Positions 29,422-38,225 of a stretch of 38,225 bases of DNA are shown in pieces. Where the stretch lies: the sequence record SRR31156797_1185; one strand, 5' to 3'. Each line of letters starts with the position of its first letter. Position 1 is the stretch's first letter. The position numbers and the translations under genes are program-made. A model generated the notes under the pieces. The model was not told the DNA's origin and searched no databases. It saw only the letters and a program-made list of their open reading frames with translations.

Positions 29422-30728
29422 TGGTTAAAATTATAGATAAACCCCTCAGCGTTAACCCACTGAAGAAGAGCCAGATACTCGGCGCTGTTACTGCCTTTTT
29501 AGGCATAGACGGTTGTATGCCGCTTATACATGGTTCTCAGGGGTGTATGGCGTTTACTAAAAATTTCCTTACGCAGCATTATCGTGAGGTGACACCTATG
29601 CAGTCCACCGCTGTGTTTGACATAGCGACTATCATCGGTGACGACTCTAACCTTCACGATGGTTTAAAGAATATTATCGAGAAGCAGAAACCGAAAATTA
29701 TCGGACTTTGTACATCTGGTATGACAGAGACCAGAGGGGACGATATGAAGGGTGTTCTCGATAGATTCAGAGAGCTTTACCCTGAATATGATGAAACTGT
29801 TATTGTTCCAGTAGGGACTGCTGATTTTGTCGGAGATGCTGAAACTGGCTACGGGAAAGCAGTTGCGAAGATATTAGAATTCGCAGTTAAGCCTGTGGCA
29901 CTGAAAAAATATAACGATAAACCACGTATGAACATATTAGCCGGAATGCACCTTAACGCCGCTGACATAGATTGGCTCAGGCGTTTGCTAGGTGATTTTG
30001 GCATAGACGCATTTGTTATACCTGATCTAGCTTCTACTATGGGCGGTCAGGTGACAAGGTTTTACAGCCTGCCTGAAGAGGGGAGTTCACTTGATGATAT
30101 ATCCACTGCCGGAGCGGCGGATTTCACTATAGCTGTCGGTTCGAGCATGGAGATGGCAGCTGATGTACTCCTTGAAAAGCACAGTGTACCTTATAAGAAA
30201 TTTGATACACTGACAGGTATTAAGGCTACTGATGAACTTCTTAGCTGGCTGATAGATTATACCGGCAAGCCTGTTCCTGAGTGGGTACAGATAGAGAGAA
30301 AGCGTGCTCTTGACGCTATGCTGGACGCTCACTTCAGCTTTGGCGGAAAGACTTGTTCCATCGCTGCTGAACCTGACCTTTTATACGGGCTGGGCAGATA
30401 TATCAGCGAGGAGCTCGGCATAAAGCTTGAGTGTGTTGTGACCACTGCAAAAGATGGAGTTTTTGAGGCTCTCAAGGCAGAGCACACCATTTACGGTGAT
30501 CTGCTTGATCTGGAACAGCACCTCGATGAATCTGACTTTGTGATAGGCAATTCGAACACAGGAAATATTTGTAAAAGAAAGGAATTACCTCTGTATAAAG
30601 CTGGCTATCCGATAAAGGATATGCTCGGGCATTTTCACAGGCATTTTATAGGTTACAGAGGGGCTATGCAGTTAGCTTTTGACCTTGGAAATATATGCCT
30701 CGACAAAGATATAGAAGTATCACATTAG
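29421..30728 (+). CDS. nifN: FeMo-cofactor scaffold NifN
   Basis: VNPLKKSQ.LGA, HGSQGC, DAMLDAHF; TGATG coupling to nifE. Confidence 0.96.
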   Translation: MVKIIDKPLSVNPLKKSQILGAVTAFLGIDGCMPLIHGSQGCMAFTKNFLTQHYREVTPMQSTAVFDIATIIGDDSNLHDGLKNIIEKQKPKIIGLCTSGMTETRGDDMKGVLDRFRELYPEYDETVIVPVGTADFVGDAETGYGKAVAKILEFAVKPVALKKYNDKPRMNILAGMHLNAADIDWLRRLLGDFGIDAFVIPDLASTMGGQVTRFYSLPEEGSSLDDISTAGAADFTIAVGSSMEMAADVLLEKHSVPYKKFDTLTGIKATDELLSWLIDYTGKPVPEWVQIERKRALDAMLDAHFSFGGKTCSIAAEPDLLYGLGRYISEELGIKLECVVTTAKDGVFEALKAEHTIYGDLLDLEQHLDESDFVIGNSNTGNICKRKELPLYKAGYPIKDMLGHFHRHFIGYRGAMQLAFDLGNICLDKDIEVSH

Positions 30729-30745
30729 ATTTAAGAGCATGTGTT

Positions 30746-30834
30746 ATTTCCATGGATGGAAATCGCCGTGCGGAGCGAAGGGCATTTAGATGCCCGCGAG
30801 CAGTAAGAAAAATTTTTTAGGACAATAAAATTTT
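30746..30834 (+). repeat. Intergenic hairpin array upstream of nifX, related to 19931-20060
   Basis: ATTTCCAT-GG-ATGGAAAT, GGGCAT-TTAG-ATGCCC; shared 14-mer AAAATTTTTTAGGA. Confidence 0.6.
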
Positions 30835-30846
30835 AAGGAGACAATT

Positions 30847-31215
30847 ATGAAGATAGCATTTTGTACAACAGACATGGAGAGTGTTAACCAGCACTTTGGA
30901 AAAGCTGATAAAGTAGCGATATATGATATTGATGACAAAGAGTATTCACTTTCAGAAGTGAGAGAGTTTATCCCTATAGATCCGACAAAAGATCACAAGG
31001 TAGACACAGAGACAAAGGCTCAGGCTCTCAAAGACTGTGCTATCCTATATGTGGCGGAGATCGGCGGACCTGCTTCTGCGCATGTCATCAAAAACAAGAT
31101 TCATCCGGTAAAGGTCACTGATCCTGTGCCTATTAAGGAAGTTCTTGATAATATTAGAGTAACTCTCGCCGGTAATCCCGCACCCTGGCTTAAGAAGGCC
31201 ATGTTAAAAGGGTAG
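30847..31215 (+). CDS. nifX: Nitrogen fixation protein NifX
   Basis: MKIAF.T...VNQHFG, DC..LY...IGG, IHPVK, PWL.KA. Confidence 0.93.
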   Translation: MKIAFCTTDMESVNQHFGKADKVAIYDIDDKEYSLSEVREFIPIDPTKDHKVDTETKAQALKDCAILYVAEIGGPASAHVIKNKIHPVKVTDPVPIKEVLDNIRVTLAGNPAPWLKKAMLKG

Positions 31216-31219
31216 ACCT

Positions 31220-31639
31220 ATGAACTTTATGGAAACATTAAATGCTAAGCTTCGTTCACACGACTCTTACGGAGTATGGAAAAAACTTGATGATGATACG
31301 ATTATATCCAGACATTTTGTCCTTTCAAAAGAGGATAAGAAGAAGATAGACGTATACGGAAGGATGCCTGATGAGGTGGTAGCTAAAATGCGCCTTTTCT
31401 ATGAGGCTGTTGCGCAGACCGTCGAGTGGGAAACCCAGAAGATGGCTATCACAGTTTTAGATATAAACACAGAAGGTTTCGGGCGTGCCCTGGTAACATA
31501 TGAGGACGTTATTCTCTGTCAGAGAGTGCACCGGAATGCGCACAAATTTGGGTTTAAAGATTTAGATGATATCAAAAAAGAGGGTGATAAGCTAGTCGCA
31601 GCCTGTTTAAAGAGTATAGAGAAAGTTAAAGAAGATTAA
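31220..31639 (+). CDS. NifX-associated protein (DUF269 family)
   Basis: R.HDSYG.W, FY.AVA..VE, EGFGR, HKFGF pattern; follows nifX. Confidence 0.85.
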   Translation: MNFMETLNAKLRSHDSYGVWKKLDDDTIISRHFVLSKEDKKKIDVYGRMPDEVVAKMRLFYEAVAQTVEWETQKMAITVLDINTEGFGRALVTYEDVILCQRVHRNAHKFGFKDLDDIKKEGDKLVAACLKSIEKVKED

Positions 31640-31645
31640 ACGTTT

Positions 31646-31669
31646 AAGGGGTTCGTTTGAACCCCTTTT
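31646..31669. terminator. Intrinsic terminator between convergent nif transcription units
   Basis: AAGGGGTTC-GTTT-GAACCCCTT-TT. Confidence 0.85.
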
Positions 31670-31670
31670 A

Positions 31671-32780
31671 TTATAGTGCGATTTTAGAATATAGGTCGAT
31701 TACCTGTGCTTTGTTAAGCACTGATTTGTTCTTTCTTGAAAGCTTCTTCGCCTGATGCAGAAGCCCTGTCAGCTGAAACTCTTCTAAGAATAATCCTTCC
31801 TGTTCGAGTATATATTTCAAAACAGCAGCGCCAGACTGGTTGCCAAAAACTAGGTTGCGCTCCATATTCAGCTCCGCTGGGTCAAATGGCTCGTAATTTT
31901 TAGGATTTTTGAGTACGCCGTCGGTGTGTATACCTGATTCGTGAGTGAACATAAACTCGCCAATGACAGGTCTCTGTGGGTCTATCCCTCTGCCGGCAGC
32001 TTTGGCGACATATTCTGAAAGTGAGCGCATATTCTTAGTGTCGAAGTGGTCTTCCATACTGTAGATATGCCTTGATGCCATAATCACCTCTTCAAGAGGG
32101 GTGTTGCCAGCACGTTCACCAAGCCCGATTACGGTGGTGTTCACGTGGGTTGCACCTGCTTTGACAGCCGCCATAGCATTTGCAGTAGCCATGCCGAAGT
32201 CGTTATGCGTGTGTACTTCTATATCCATATCTGTGATTGAACGTATCTGTTTAATTATATCATGTGTTTTGAATGGATCGAGAATGCCGACTGTATCACA
32301 GAATCTGAATCTGTCAGCTCCGTGCGCCTCGATGGTTTTTACATATTCAGCAATGAATTCAAAGTCAGCCCTTGAGGCATCCTCACCGCCAACTGATACA
32401 TAAATATCCTGTGTAGCACAGTAATCGAGCACGGACTTAACCTGATCAAGAACCCACTCTCTCGTTTTGTTCAGCTTTGTATGTATCTGTATATCTGACA
32501 TAGGGAGGGAAATCTCTATAGCTTTCGCCCCAGCCGCAACAGATGCTTCTACGTCACCGATAAGTGCTCTGTTCCATGCGATAATTCTCGCATCAAGGTC
32601 AAGCTCCAGTATAGCCTCAAACATGGCGGATTCTGCCACACCCATTACAGGTATGCCAGCCTCTATCTCCTGAACACCGATAGCGTCAAGGTGCTTAGCT
32701 ATCGTCAGCTTCTCTGTTTTTGTGAATGCTACGCCAGGTGTCTGTTCTCCGTCTCTTAGTGTAGTGTCGTCAATAATCAT
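31671..32780 (-). CDS. nifV: Homocitrate synthase
   Basis: DTTLRDGEQ, EAGIP.MG, EDASRA, HTHNDFG, GLGERAGN, FTHESGIH; no LeuA regulatory domain; ATG 32780 after GGGAG. Confidence 0.93.
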   Translation of the reverse strand: MIIDDTTLRDGEQTPGVAFTKTEKLTIAKHLDAIGVQEIEAGIPVMGVAESAMFEAILELDLDARIIAWNRALIGDVEASVAAGAKAIEISLPMSDIQIHTKLNKTREWVLDQVKSVLDYCATQDIYVSVGGEDASRADFEFIAEYVKTIEAHGADRFRFCDTVGILDPFKTHDIIKQIRSITDMDIEVHTHNDFGMATANAMAAVKAGATHVNTTVIGLGERAGNTPLEEVIMASRHIYSMEDHFDTKNMRSLSEYVAKAAGRGIDPQRPVIGEFMFTHESGIHTDGVLKNPKNYEPFDPAELNMERNLVFGNQSGAAVLKYILEQEGLFLEEFQLTGLLHQAKKLSRKNKSVLNKAQVIDLYSKIAL

Positions 32781-32802
32781 ATTTAACTCCCGGTAATGTA
32801 TA

Positions 32803-32818
32803 TGCAAAGAGCGTGCCA
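32803..32818 (-). promoter_or_regulatory. sigma54 promoter of nifV
   Basis: TGGCACGCTCTTTGCA. Confidence 0.88.
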
Positions 32819-32842
32819 CATCAACGAAGCCTATATATAGTG

Positions 32843-32905
32843 TGTTACAAAGATTACATTACACAGAATTTGTCTGGTTTGTCTCTGATTGTAATAAACC
32901 TTACA
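32843..32905. promoter_or_regulatory. Two NifA UAS between divergent nifV and nifB
   Basis: TGTTACAAAGATTACA 32843-32858 and TGTAATAAACCTTACA 32890-32905. Confidence 0.75.
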
Positions 32906-32949
32906 CTTACAAAATTAGAACAATCCGCTGTTTATAGGGGTTTCAGAAC

Positions 32950-32965
32950 TGGCATACGGGTTGCT
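32950..32965 (+). promoter_or_regulatory. sigma54 promoter of nifB
   Basis: TGGCATACGGGTTGCT. Confidence 0.85.
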
Positions 32966-32986
32966 TTATAAAAGGCGGAGGCGAAC

Positions 32987-34327
32987 ATGCATAAAGACGA
33001 AGTAAGAGAAAAGATTGAAAAGCACCCTTGCTACTGTAAGGATGCTCACGATAAATACGCGAGGATTCACCTTCCGGTTGCCCCTGCGTGCAACATTCAG
33101 TGCAACTACTGTAATAGAAAATACGACTGTTCAAACGAGTCAAGACCTGGTGTAACCAGCGGTATACTCAACCCTGAGCAGGCACTTGAAAAAGTGATAA
33201 TGATAGAACAGGCACTCGACAACCTAAGTGTTGTTGGTATCGCAGGCCCTGGGGATGCACTTGCAAATCCGGCACAAACTTTCGAGACCCTGCGTCTGCT
33301 TAAGGCGTATAAGTCTGAGCTTATCCCTTGTATCAGCACCAACGGACTTAACCTCCCTGATTATGTGGACGAGATAAAAGAGCTAGGCATCAGCCACGTA
33401 ACAGTGACAATGAATGCTGTTGACCCTGAGATAGGGCAGCACATATATAGCTGGATTCACCATGAGGGGAAAACCTATCACGGCGTTGAAGCGGCTGCAA
33501 AGCTCCTTGAAAGACAGCTACAGGGCATTAAGATGCTCGTAGAGAGAGACATCCTTGTAAAAATTAATACTGTCCTCATACCGGGGATAAACGACGAACA
33601 CATAACAGAAGTCGCTAAAAAGATTAAAGAGCTTGGTGTTTTCATACATAACATTCTACCGCTGATGAGTAAGCCTGAATACGGCACAAAGTTCGCCAAA
33701 GACGGTGTACCTGAGCCGGATATCAAGATGGTTGCTAAAGCACGTTTTAACTGTGCAGAGATAATGGGCGGATTCGATAATGTTATGCAGCACTGCCGTC
33801 AATGCAGGGCTGATGCTATTGGTAAACTAGGACAGGATTTCGATATCAACTCGCTTAGCGATGAAATCATAGACAACTCTTCGGCTGTGAAGACGCAGGT
33901 TATGAATAACCACCGTACTTTTGTCAGCCAGTCAGTACAGGAGAATTCATCTAAACAATCCCGTAATAAAATGGTGCTTGTGGCTGTGGCGACAGAGAAT
34001 AACTATCTCTCTGATGTTACATTTAAAAACGCCAGAACATTTTATGTTTACGAGGTTTCTGGGTGGGGCGCTCACCTGCGTGAGATCAGAACTCTCCAGT
34101 ATGACGAGCACGATGCATGTATCAAGCTTTCCGGACACCTTAAGAATGTGTTGGATTTACTTAAGGACTGTTCGGTTATGGTTTGTTCTATCGCTGGAAA
34201 GAGTGCTGTGGATGAGATGCGCAGAAGGGGAATTATTATAGATACTTCTGTGGCTCATAAAGGTCTTGAGCACGCTGCCTGGCATTCAGGTATGAAGAGG
34301 CTCGAAGAGAGTAAGGTTACAGCTTAA
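32987..34327 (+). CDS. nifB: FeMo-cofactor biosynthesis radical SAM protein NifB with C-terminal NifX-like domain
   Basis: HPC, RIHLPVAPACNIQCNYC, ESRPG, AGPGD, HCRQCRADA. Confidence 0.97.
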   Translation: MHKDEVREKIEKHPCYCKDAHDKYARIHLPVAPACNIQCNYCNRKYDCSNESRPGVTSGILNPEQALEKVIMIEQALDNLSVVGIAGPGDALANPAQTFETLRLLKAYKSELIPCISTNGLNLPDYVDEIKELGISHVTVTMNAVDPEIGQHIYSWIHHEGKTYHGVEAAAKLLERQLQGIKMLVERDILVKINTVLIPGINDEHITEVAKKIKELGVFIHNILPLMSKPEYGTKFAKDGVPEPDIKMVAKARFNCAEIMGGFDNVMQHCRQCRADAIGKLGQDFDINSLSDEIIDNSSAVKTQVMNNHRTFVSQSVQENSSKQSRNKMVLVAVATENNYLSDVTFKNARTFYVYEVSGWGAHLREIRTLQYDEHDACIKLSGHLKNVLDLLKDCSVMVCSIAGKSAVDEMRRRGIIIDTSVAHKGLEHAAWHSGMKRLEESKVTA

Positions 34328-34350
34328 ATAAGTATGATGGGAGTCATAAA

Positions 34351-34659
34351 ATGATACAGCAAAATTTATCTGGAAATTCGACATCTGCGGACATCGCCGC
34401 ACTACTGAAAAACGATGGTTACAAGCTTATAAAAGGAGTTTGTGACGATATCGATGTTGGTAATATTACAACTAGTATGACAATTCGCTCAGGGAAGAGA
34501 CTTGTTTCACTTCTTATACCTAACGGTGAGGCGAAAACATCTGGAGCTGAAATCGGAAAACCTATCTATTGCCTTGTTAAAGGTAAGGATATCTACGTTT
34601 TCAGAGACATTAACTATATGATGAATCATATGATGGATACTAAAAAGATAATAATGTAG
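34351..34659 (+). CDS. Small protein with divergent TOBE (Mop/ModE-like) fold
   Basis: G.V..I..G.I...M.I......V..LI...A...G...G..I..LVK...I pattern resembles TOBE; 23 bp after nifB. Confidence 0.55.
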   Translation: MIQQNLSGNSTSADIAALLKNDGYKLIKGVCDDIDVGNITTSMTIRSGKRLVSLLIPNGEAKTSGAEIGKPIYCLVKGKDIYVFRDINYMMNHMMDTKKIIM

Positions 34660-34938
34660 AAATCTAAGCAGTAACGAGGCTTTAGCTAAGTTCCTGCCGA
34701 TATAAAGTAATTGCGGGGTAGTGTATGGACACTGTGTCACCCCAATCAAGCCCAATGTCTGTACACATAGGGGGGCGGTTCACCCCCCTCCCCGATTTTT
34801 TCGGTCAGTCAGGACTGACAGCCAAAACACTAACTCACGGAATATTCTATAGATTACTAGTCTTGGCGTTCCCGTTGGTCACACCAGTAGGGACTGGTAA
34901 CCGAATCACAAAGCCTTGAAATGTTCTTAAGATTTCTA
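34657..34938 (+). other. 282-bp structured element with terminal inverted repeats (ncRNA or MITE candidate)
   Basis: TAGAAATCT/AGATTTCTA ends, CGAGGCTTT/AAAGCCTTG inner stem, at least five internal hairpins. Confidence 0.55.
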
Positions 34939-34971
34939 GTTTAACCGTTTCCGTTGGTATCTAGCTATATT

Positions 34972-36381
34972 TTATATTTCGTAAACTCTTATAACGTTTG
35001 TTGAGCCTTTTTCTCCGAGAGGGATTCCAGACGTGATGATAATCCTATCACCCTTTTTGGCAAGCCCCTTAGCAACGGCTAGCTCTGCTGCACTGGAGAA
35101 CATCTCCTCAGCTTCGTCGTAGTTAGGCGAAAGAGAAGGGACAACACCCCATGATATATTCAGTTTTCTATAAGTGCTTTCGCTCGGCGTTATTCCGAGG
35201 ATAGGGCATTCCGGTCTGAACCTTGCAACACTTTTAGCTGTAAATCCTGAGTTTGTATAAGCGACAATCGCCTTAGCGTCCAGGTCTTTCGCGAGCCAGC
35301 TTGCGGAGCGTCCGACAGCCCATGCGACAGTTTTATCTGAAACATGCTCAAAGCTTGAAAGATCGAGCTCATATTTAACATTCGGTTCAGTGGAGAGAGC
35401 AATCCTGCTCATCACAGAAACAGCCTCCACAGGGTATTCACCTGATGCTGTCTCCTCTGATAGCATGACAGCGCAGGTTCCGTCGAAAATAGCGTTGGCA
35501 ACGTCTGTACATTCAGCTCTGGTCGGGCGATAGTTAGACACCATACTTTTAAGCATCTGTGTCGCAGTGATGATAACTTTTCCAGCTTTACGTGCTTTTT
35601 TGATTATCTTCTTCTGGATGACAGGCACTTCGTAAAGTGACATCTCAACACCCAGATCACCTCTTGCTACCATTACACCGTCTACCATCTCGAGTATCTC
35701 ATCAATATTATCCACTGCTTGCGGTTTCTCTATTTTAGCTATGAGCATCGGCTGTTTTAAATCTTTCTGTATCAGTGCCCTGATTTTTACAAGGTCGGCT
35801 GCGTTGCGGACAAAGGAGAGTGCGACAATATCTACACCTCTGCTCAGCCCGAACATAAGGTCAGCTCTGTCTTTTTCGGTGAATGCTACGATGCTGAGGT
35901 TAGTGGAAGGCATGTTTACACCTTTTTTAGAGAGTGCAATCCCACCGTTTAAAACTCTGCACGTTACAGCTTCGGCGTTGAAATCTTCTACCATAAGGTC
36001 CATAGCACCATCAGCTAAAAGGATTCTGTCGCCTATAGAGAGGTCTTTTTCGAGTCCGTCGTACTGGACCGGGATCATATCACCTGTAGCGTACTGTTCA
36101 GAAGCGAGAATGCATGTGTCTCCGGGGTTGAGCTTTATCCCTTCTTCGGGAAGCATACCAAGCCTAATCTTCGGTCCGCATAGATCCTGAAGGATACTGA
36201 CACAGACACCTTTCTCTTCCGCTAGTTCTCTAACCATATCTATCATTTCACCGTGGCTTTCGTGTGAACCGTGTGAAAAGTTAAGGCGGACAACGTCCAT
36301 ACCTGAATCGATCATATCGGAGATGGTCTCTCTGTCAAATGATGTGGGACCGAGAGTCGCTACAATCTTAGTTTTTCTCAT
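34972..36381 (-). CDS. pyk: Pyruvate kinase
   Basis: RKTKIVATLGP, RLNFSHG, AKIE, MVARGDLG, ATQML, MLS.ETA. Confidence 0.98.
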   Translation of the reverse strand: MRKTKIVATLGPTSFDRETISDMIDSGMDVVRLNFSHGSHESHGEMIDMVRELAEEKGVCVSILQDLCGPKIRLGMLPEEGIKLNPGDTCILASEQYATGDMIPVQYDGLEKDLSIGDRILLADGAMDLMVEDFNAEAVTCRVLNGGIALSKKGVNMPSTNLSIVAFTEKDRADLMFGLSRGVDIVALSFVRNAADLVKIRALIQKDLKQPMLIAKIEKPQAVDNIDEILEMVDGVMVARGDLGVEMSLYEVPVIQKKIIKKARKAGKVIITATQMLKSMVSNYRPTRAECTDVANAIFDGTCAVMLSEETASGEYPVEAVSVMSRIALSTEPNVKYELDLSSFEHVSDKTVAWAVGRSASWLAKDLDAKAIVAYTNSGFTAKSVARFRPECPILGITPSESTYRKLNISWGVVPSLSPNYDEAEEMFSSAAELAVAKGLAKKGDRIIITSGIPLGEKGSTNVIRVYEI

Positions 36382-36541
36382 CCTTGCCTCCGTGGCATTA
36401 ATACAAAAATGATATGTGATGTTTGTCTAATAAACAACACGAGTTTCGTAAGTTTATGAAAATATTACCTACTAATATGCTATTCAGATAGTAAAATACA
36501 ACACCATGTGCAGTTTAAAGTGAAATAATTGTGGTTTTTAT

Positions 36542-36832
36542 TCAAAAGCGCTGCTGTTGGTAAAAGGTGGTATGTGGATGGTAATAATAAAGCCCCCCGA
36601 GTGCTGATGAGAATTTTATATAATAAGCATCAGATTCTAGGTCTGCTCCACTAGAGGTGAGCTGAGCGTAAATACACCCTTTCTCATCCGAATCGTAAGC
36701 CTGACCTGAATAGGTAACTGTAAGGTAAGGATCAGCAGAGATTGTTATGCCGTTCGGTGTCGGAGCGGCTGCTGCAAAAGATGTTGTGTGATTGTAAGTA
36801 TTTCCAACGGGATACAAACGCAAGAAGATCAA
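36542..36832 (-). pseudogene. Possible fragment of a secreted beta-rich protein
   Basis: 96-aa T/S/Y/A-rich ORF with TTG start, no SD and no motif. Confidence 0.3.
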
Positions 36833-36867
36833 GTATTAGTTTAAGGGATTTAACAATAGGTAGTTGA

Positions 36868-36895
36868 TTGACATAAAGAATTTCACGTATATAAT
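36868..36895 (+). promoter_or_regulatory. sigma70 promoter of the MarR gene (leaderless)
   Basis: TTGACA-16 nt-TATAAT, 6 nt before the ATG. Confidence 0.8.
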
Positions 36896-36901
36896 ATTTG
36901 G

Positions 36902-37360
36902 ATGGATAAAGAAAAAAATGTCTGTGTTCAGACGATATTACAAATCAGACAACTTTCACGATTTCTTGATAAATACTCTAAGTATTTGAATAATAACTAT
37001 AATATTACTCTACCTCAGCTTTTATGTCTCTACGAAATAAGCGAAAATGAAGAGATGAATCTATCTCAGCTCACCAAGCTGGTCAATCTCAACAATTCTG
37101 CTGTAACAGGTATAGTCGACAGGCTGGAGACCAAAGGATTTGTGTGTAGAATCAAGAAGGGGACCGACAGGAGAACAATCTATTTAGAGCTTACTGAGGC
37201 TGGTCAGGAGTATGTTCTTTTGCTATTTAAAATCCTTGAGAGTGATTGCTTTTTCGACAACCAAAAACTAAGTATCGAGCAGATCAAAGACATCAATGTC
37301 TCTCTTGATAAGGTTATAAAGTCTTTTGTGCCTGAGGTTAAAGAGATAGAGTTGACTTGA
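36902..37360 (+). CDS. MarR-family regulator
   Basis: ITLPQL.CL, VTGIVDRLE.KG, DRR...L.LT..G winged helix. Confidence 0.93.
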   Translation: MDKEKNVCVQTILQIRQLSRFLDKYSKYLNNNYNITLPQLLCLYEISENEEMNLSQLTKLVNLNNSAVTGIVDRLETKGFVCRIKKGTDRRTIYLELTEAGQEYVLLLFKILESDCFFDNQKLSIEQIKDINVSLDKVIKSFVPEVKEIELT

Positions 37361-37387
37361 TTGTACTTGATTAAACTATTGTCAAAT

Positions 37388-37409
37388 CAGGCTATATGCC
37401 TGTTTTTTT
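37388..37409 (+). terminator. Intrinsic terminator after the MarR gene
   Basis: CAGGC-TATAT-GCCTG-TTTTTTT. Confidence 0.7.
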
Positions 37410-37421
37410 ATGTCTGGATAT

Positions 37422-37450
37422 TTGACATATGAAATATATTAATATACAAT
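37422..37450 (+). promoter_or_regulatory. sigma70 promoter of proV
   Basis: TTGACA-17 nt-TACAAT. Confidence 0.8.
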
Positions 37451-37499
37451 TTTTATGTAAGTTTATTTTATATAAGTTTGTTTTAAACAAGGAAGATTT

Positions 37500-38225
37500 A
37501 TGAGTGAAGAAGAGAAGTTACGGGTCGAGAATTTATACAAAATTTTTGGTCCTAAACCTAAGATAGCATTGAAGATGTTAGAAGAGGGGAAGGATAAAGA
37601 AAAAATTCTCGAAGAGACTGGTATGACAGTTGGTGTTCAAAACGCCAGCTTTTCGGTAAATAAAGGTGAAATTTTTGTGGTTATGGGGCTATCAGGCTCA
37701 GGTAAATCCACACTGGTTCGTATGCTTAACAGGCTTATTGAGCCGACAAGCGGTTCTGTTTACATCGATGGTGAGAATATTTCGACAATGAATATGGAAG
37801 AGCTTACTGAAGTTCGCCGTAAGAAGATGTGCATGGTTTTTCAGTCATTTGCCCTGATGCCACACATGAACGTTATCGACAATGTCTCCTTTGGACTTGA
37901 GCTATCTGGAACTGATAAAACGGAGAGATATGCCCGTGCGCAGGACGCTCTTGAGCAGGTGGGGCTTTCGCAGTATGCAGAGAATTACCCTGACGAACTT
38001 TCAGGCGGAATGCAGCAGAGGGTTGGTTTGGCTAGAGCTTTGGCGGTTGACCCGCACATATTGCTTATGGACGAGGCTTTTAGTGCTCTCGACCCACTTA
38101 TCAGATGTGAGATGCAGGATGAGCTTATCGCTCTTCAGGAGAAATCCCAGAGGACCATCATTTTCATCTCCCACGATCTGGACGAAGCGATTAAAATTGG
38201 CGACCGTATCGCCATCATGGAAGGG
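37500..38225 (+). CDS. proV: Glycine betaine/proline ABC transporter ATP-binding subunit (partial, runs off the window)
   Basis: Not in the ORF track; translated by hand from ATG 37500: [49 protein letters not shown]. Confidence 0.93.
   Translation, partial: MSEEEKLRVENLYKIFGPKPKIALKMLEEGKDKEKILEETGMTVGVQNASFSVNKGEIFVVMGLSGSGKSTLVRMLNRLIEPTSGSVYIDGENISTMNMEELTEVRRKKMCMVFQSFALMPHMNVIDNVSFGLELSGTDKTERYARAQDALEQVGLSQYAENYPDELSGGMQQRVGLARALAVDPHILLMDEAFSALDPLIRCEMQDELIALQEKSQRTIIFISHDLDEAIKIGDRIAIMEG

Noticed and set aside
32781-32819. Longer nifV start in the ORF track
   Set aside because: Runs through the sigma54 promoter; the SD supports ATG 32780
34770-34900. T-box-like GGGTGAACCGC and cobalamin-like ACGGGAA on the minus strand
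   Set aside because: Other conserved elements are missing and the site is downstream of genes, not in a leader
34725-34919. 64-aa and 82-aa ORFs over the structured element
   Set aside because: No motif; better explained as by-products of GC-rich stems

Overview
Bacterial chromosomal window of moderate GC (about 40-43% by eye). The gene set and style suggest an anaerobic Deferribacterota such as Denitrovibrio; this is inference only. The left part (1-17.3 kb) carries a Cache-domain chemoreceptor, a gltX-glnS pair and an amino-acid export cluster (AzlCD, AraC, two LysE-type exporters, ArgP-like LysR) built around an uncharacterised BioB-like radical SAM gene. It also has a class II photolyase, glyoxalase, TlpA, an RlmI-like methyltransferase and two tandem cyclophilins. 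The middle and right (17.4-34.7 kb) hold a Group I Mo-nitrogenase island: nifA, fdxB-nifZ, divergent draT / draG plus a macrodomain gene, a degenerate GGDEF sensor, nifHDKT-ENX-DUF269, divergent nifV / nifB and a TOBE-like gene. Five sigma54 promoters and several TGT-N10-ACA sites are readable in this island. The right end has a 282-bp structured element with terminal inverted repeats, pyk, a MarR regulator and the start of proV. The most notable observations are the macrodomain coupled to a head-to-head draT/draG switch, the radical SAM-exporter cluster, the unexplained structured element, GGA-loop hairpin arrays, and apparently leaderless genes including sigma54-driven nifA.
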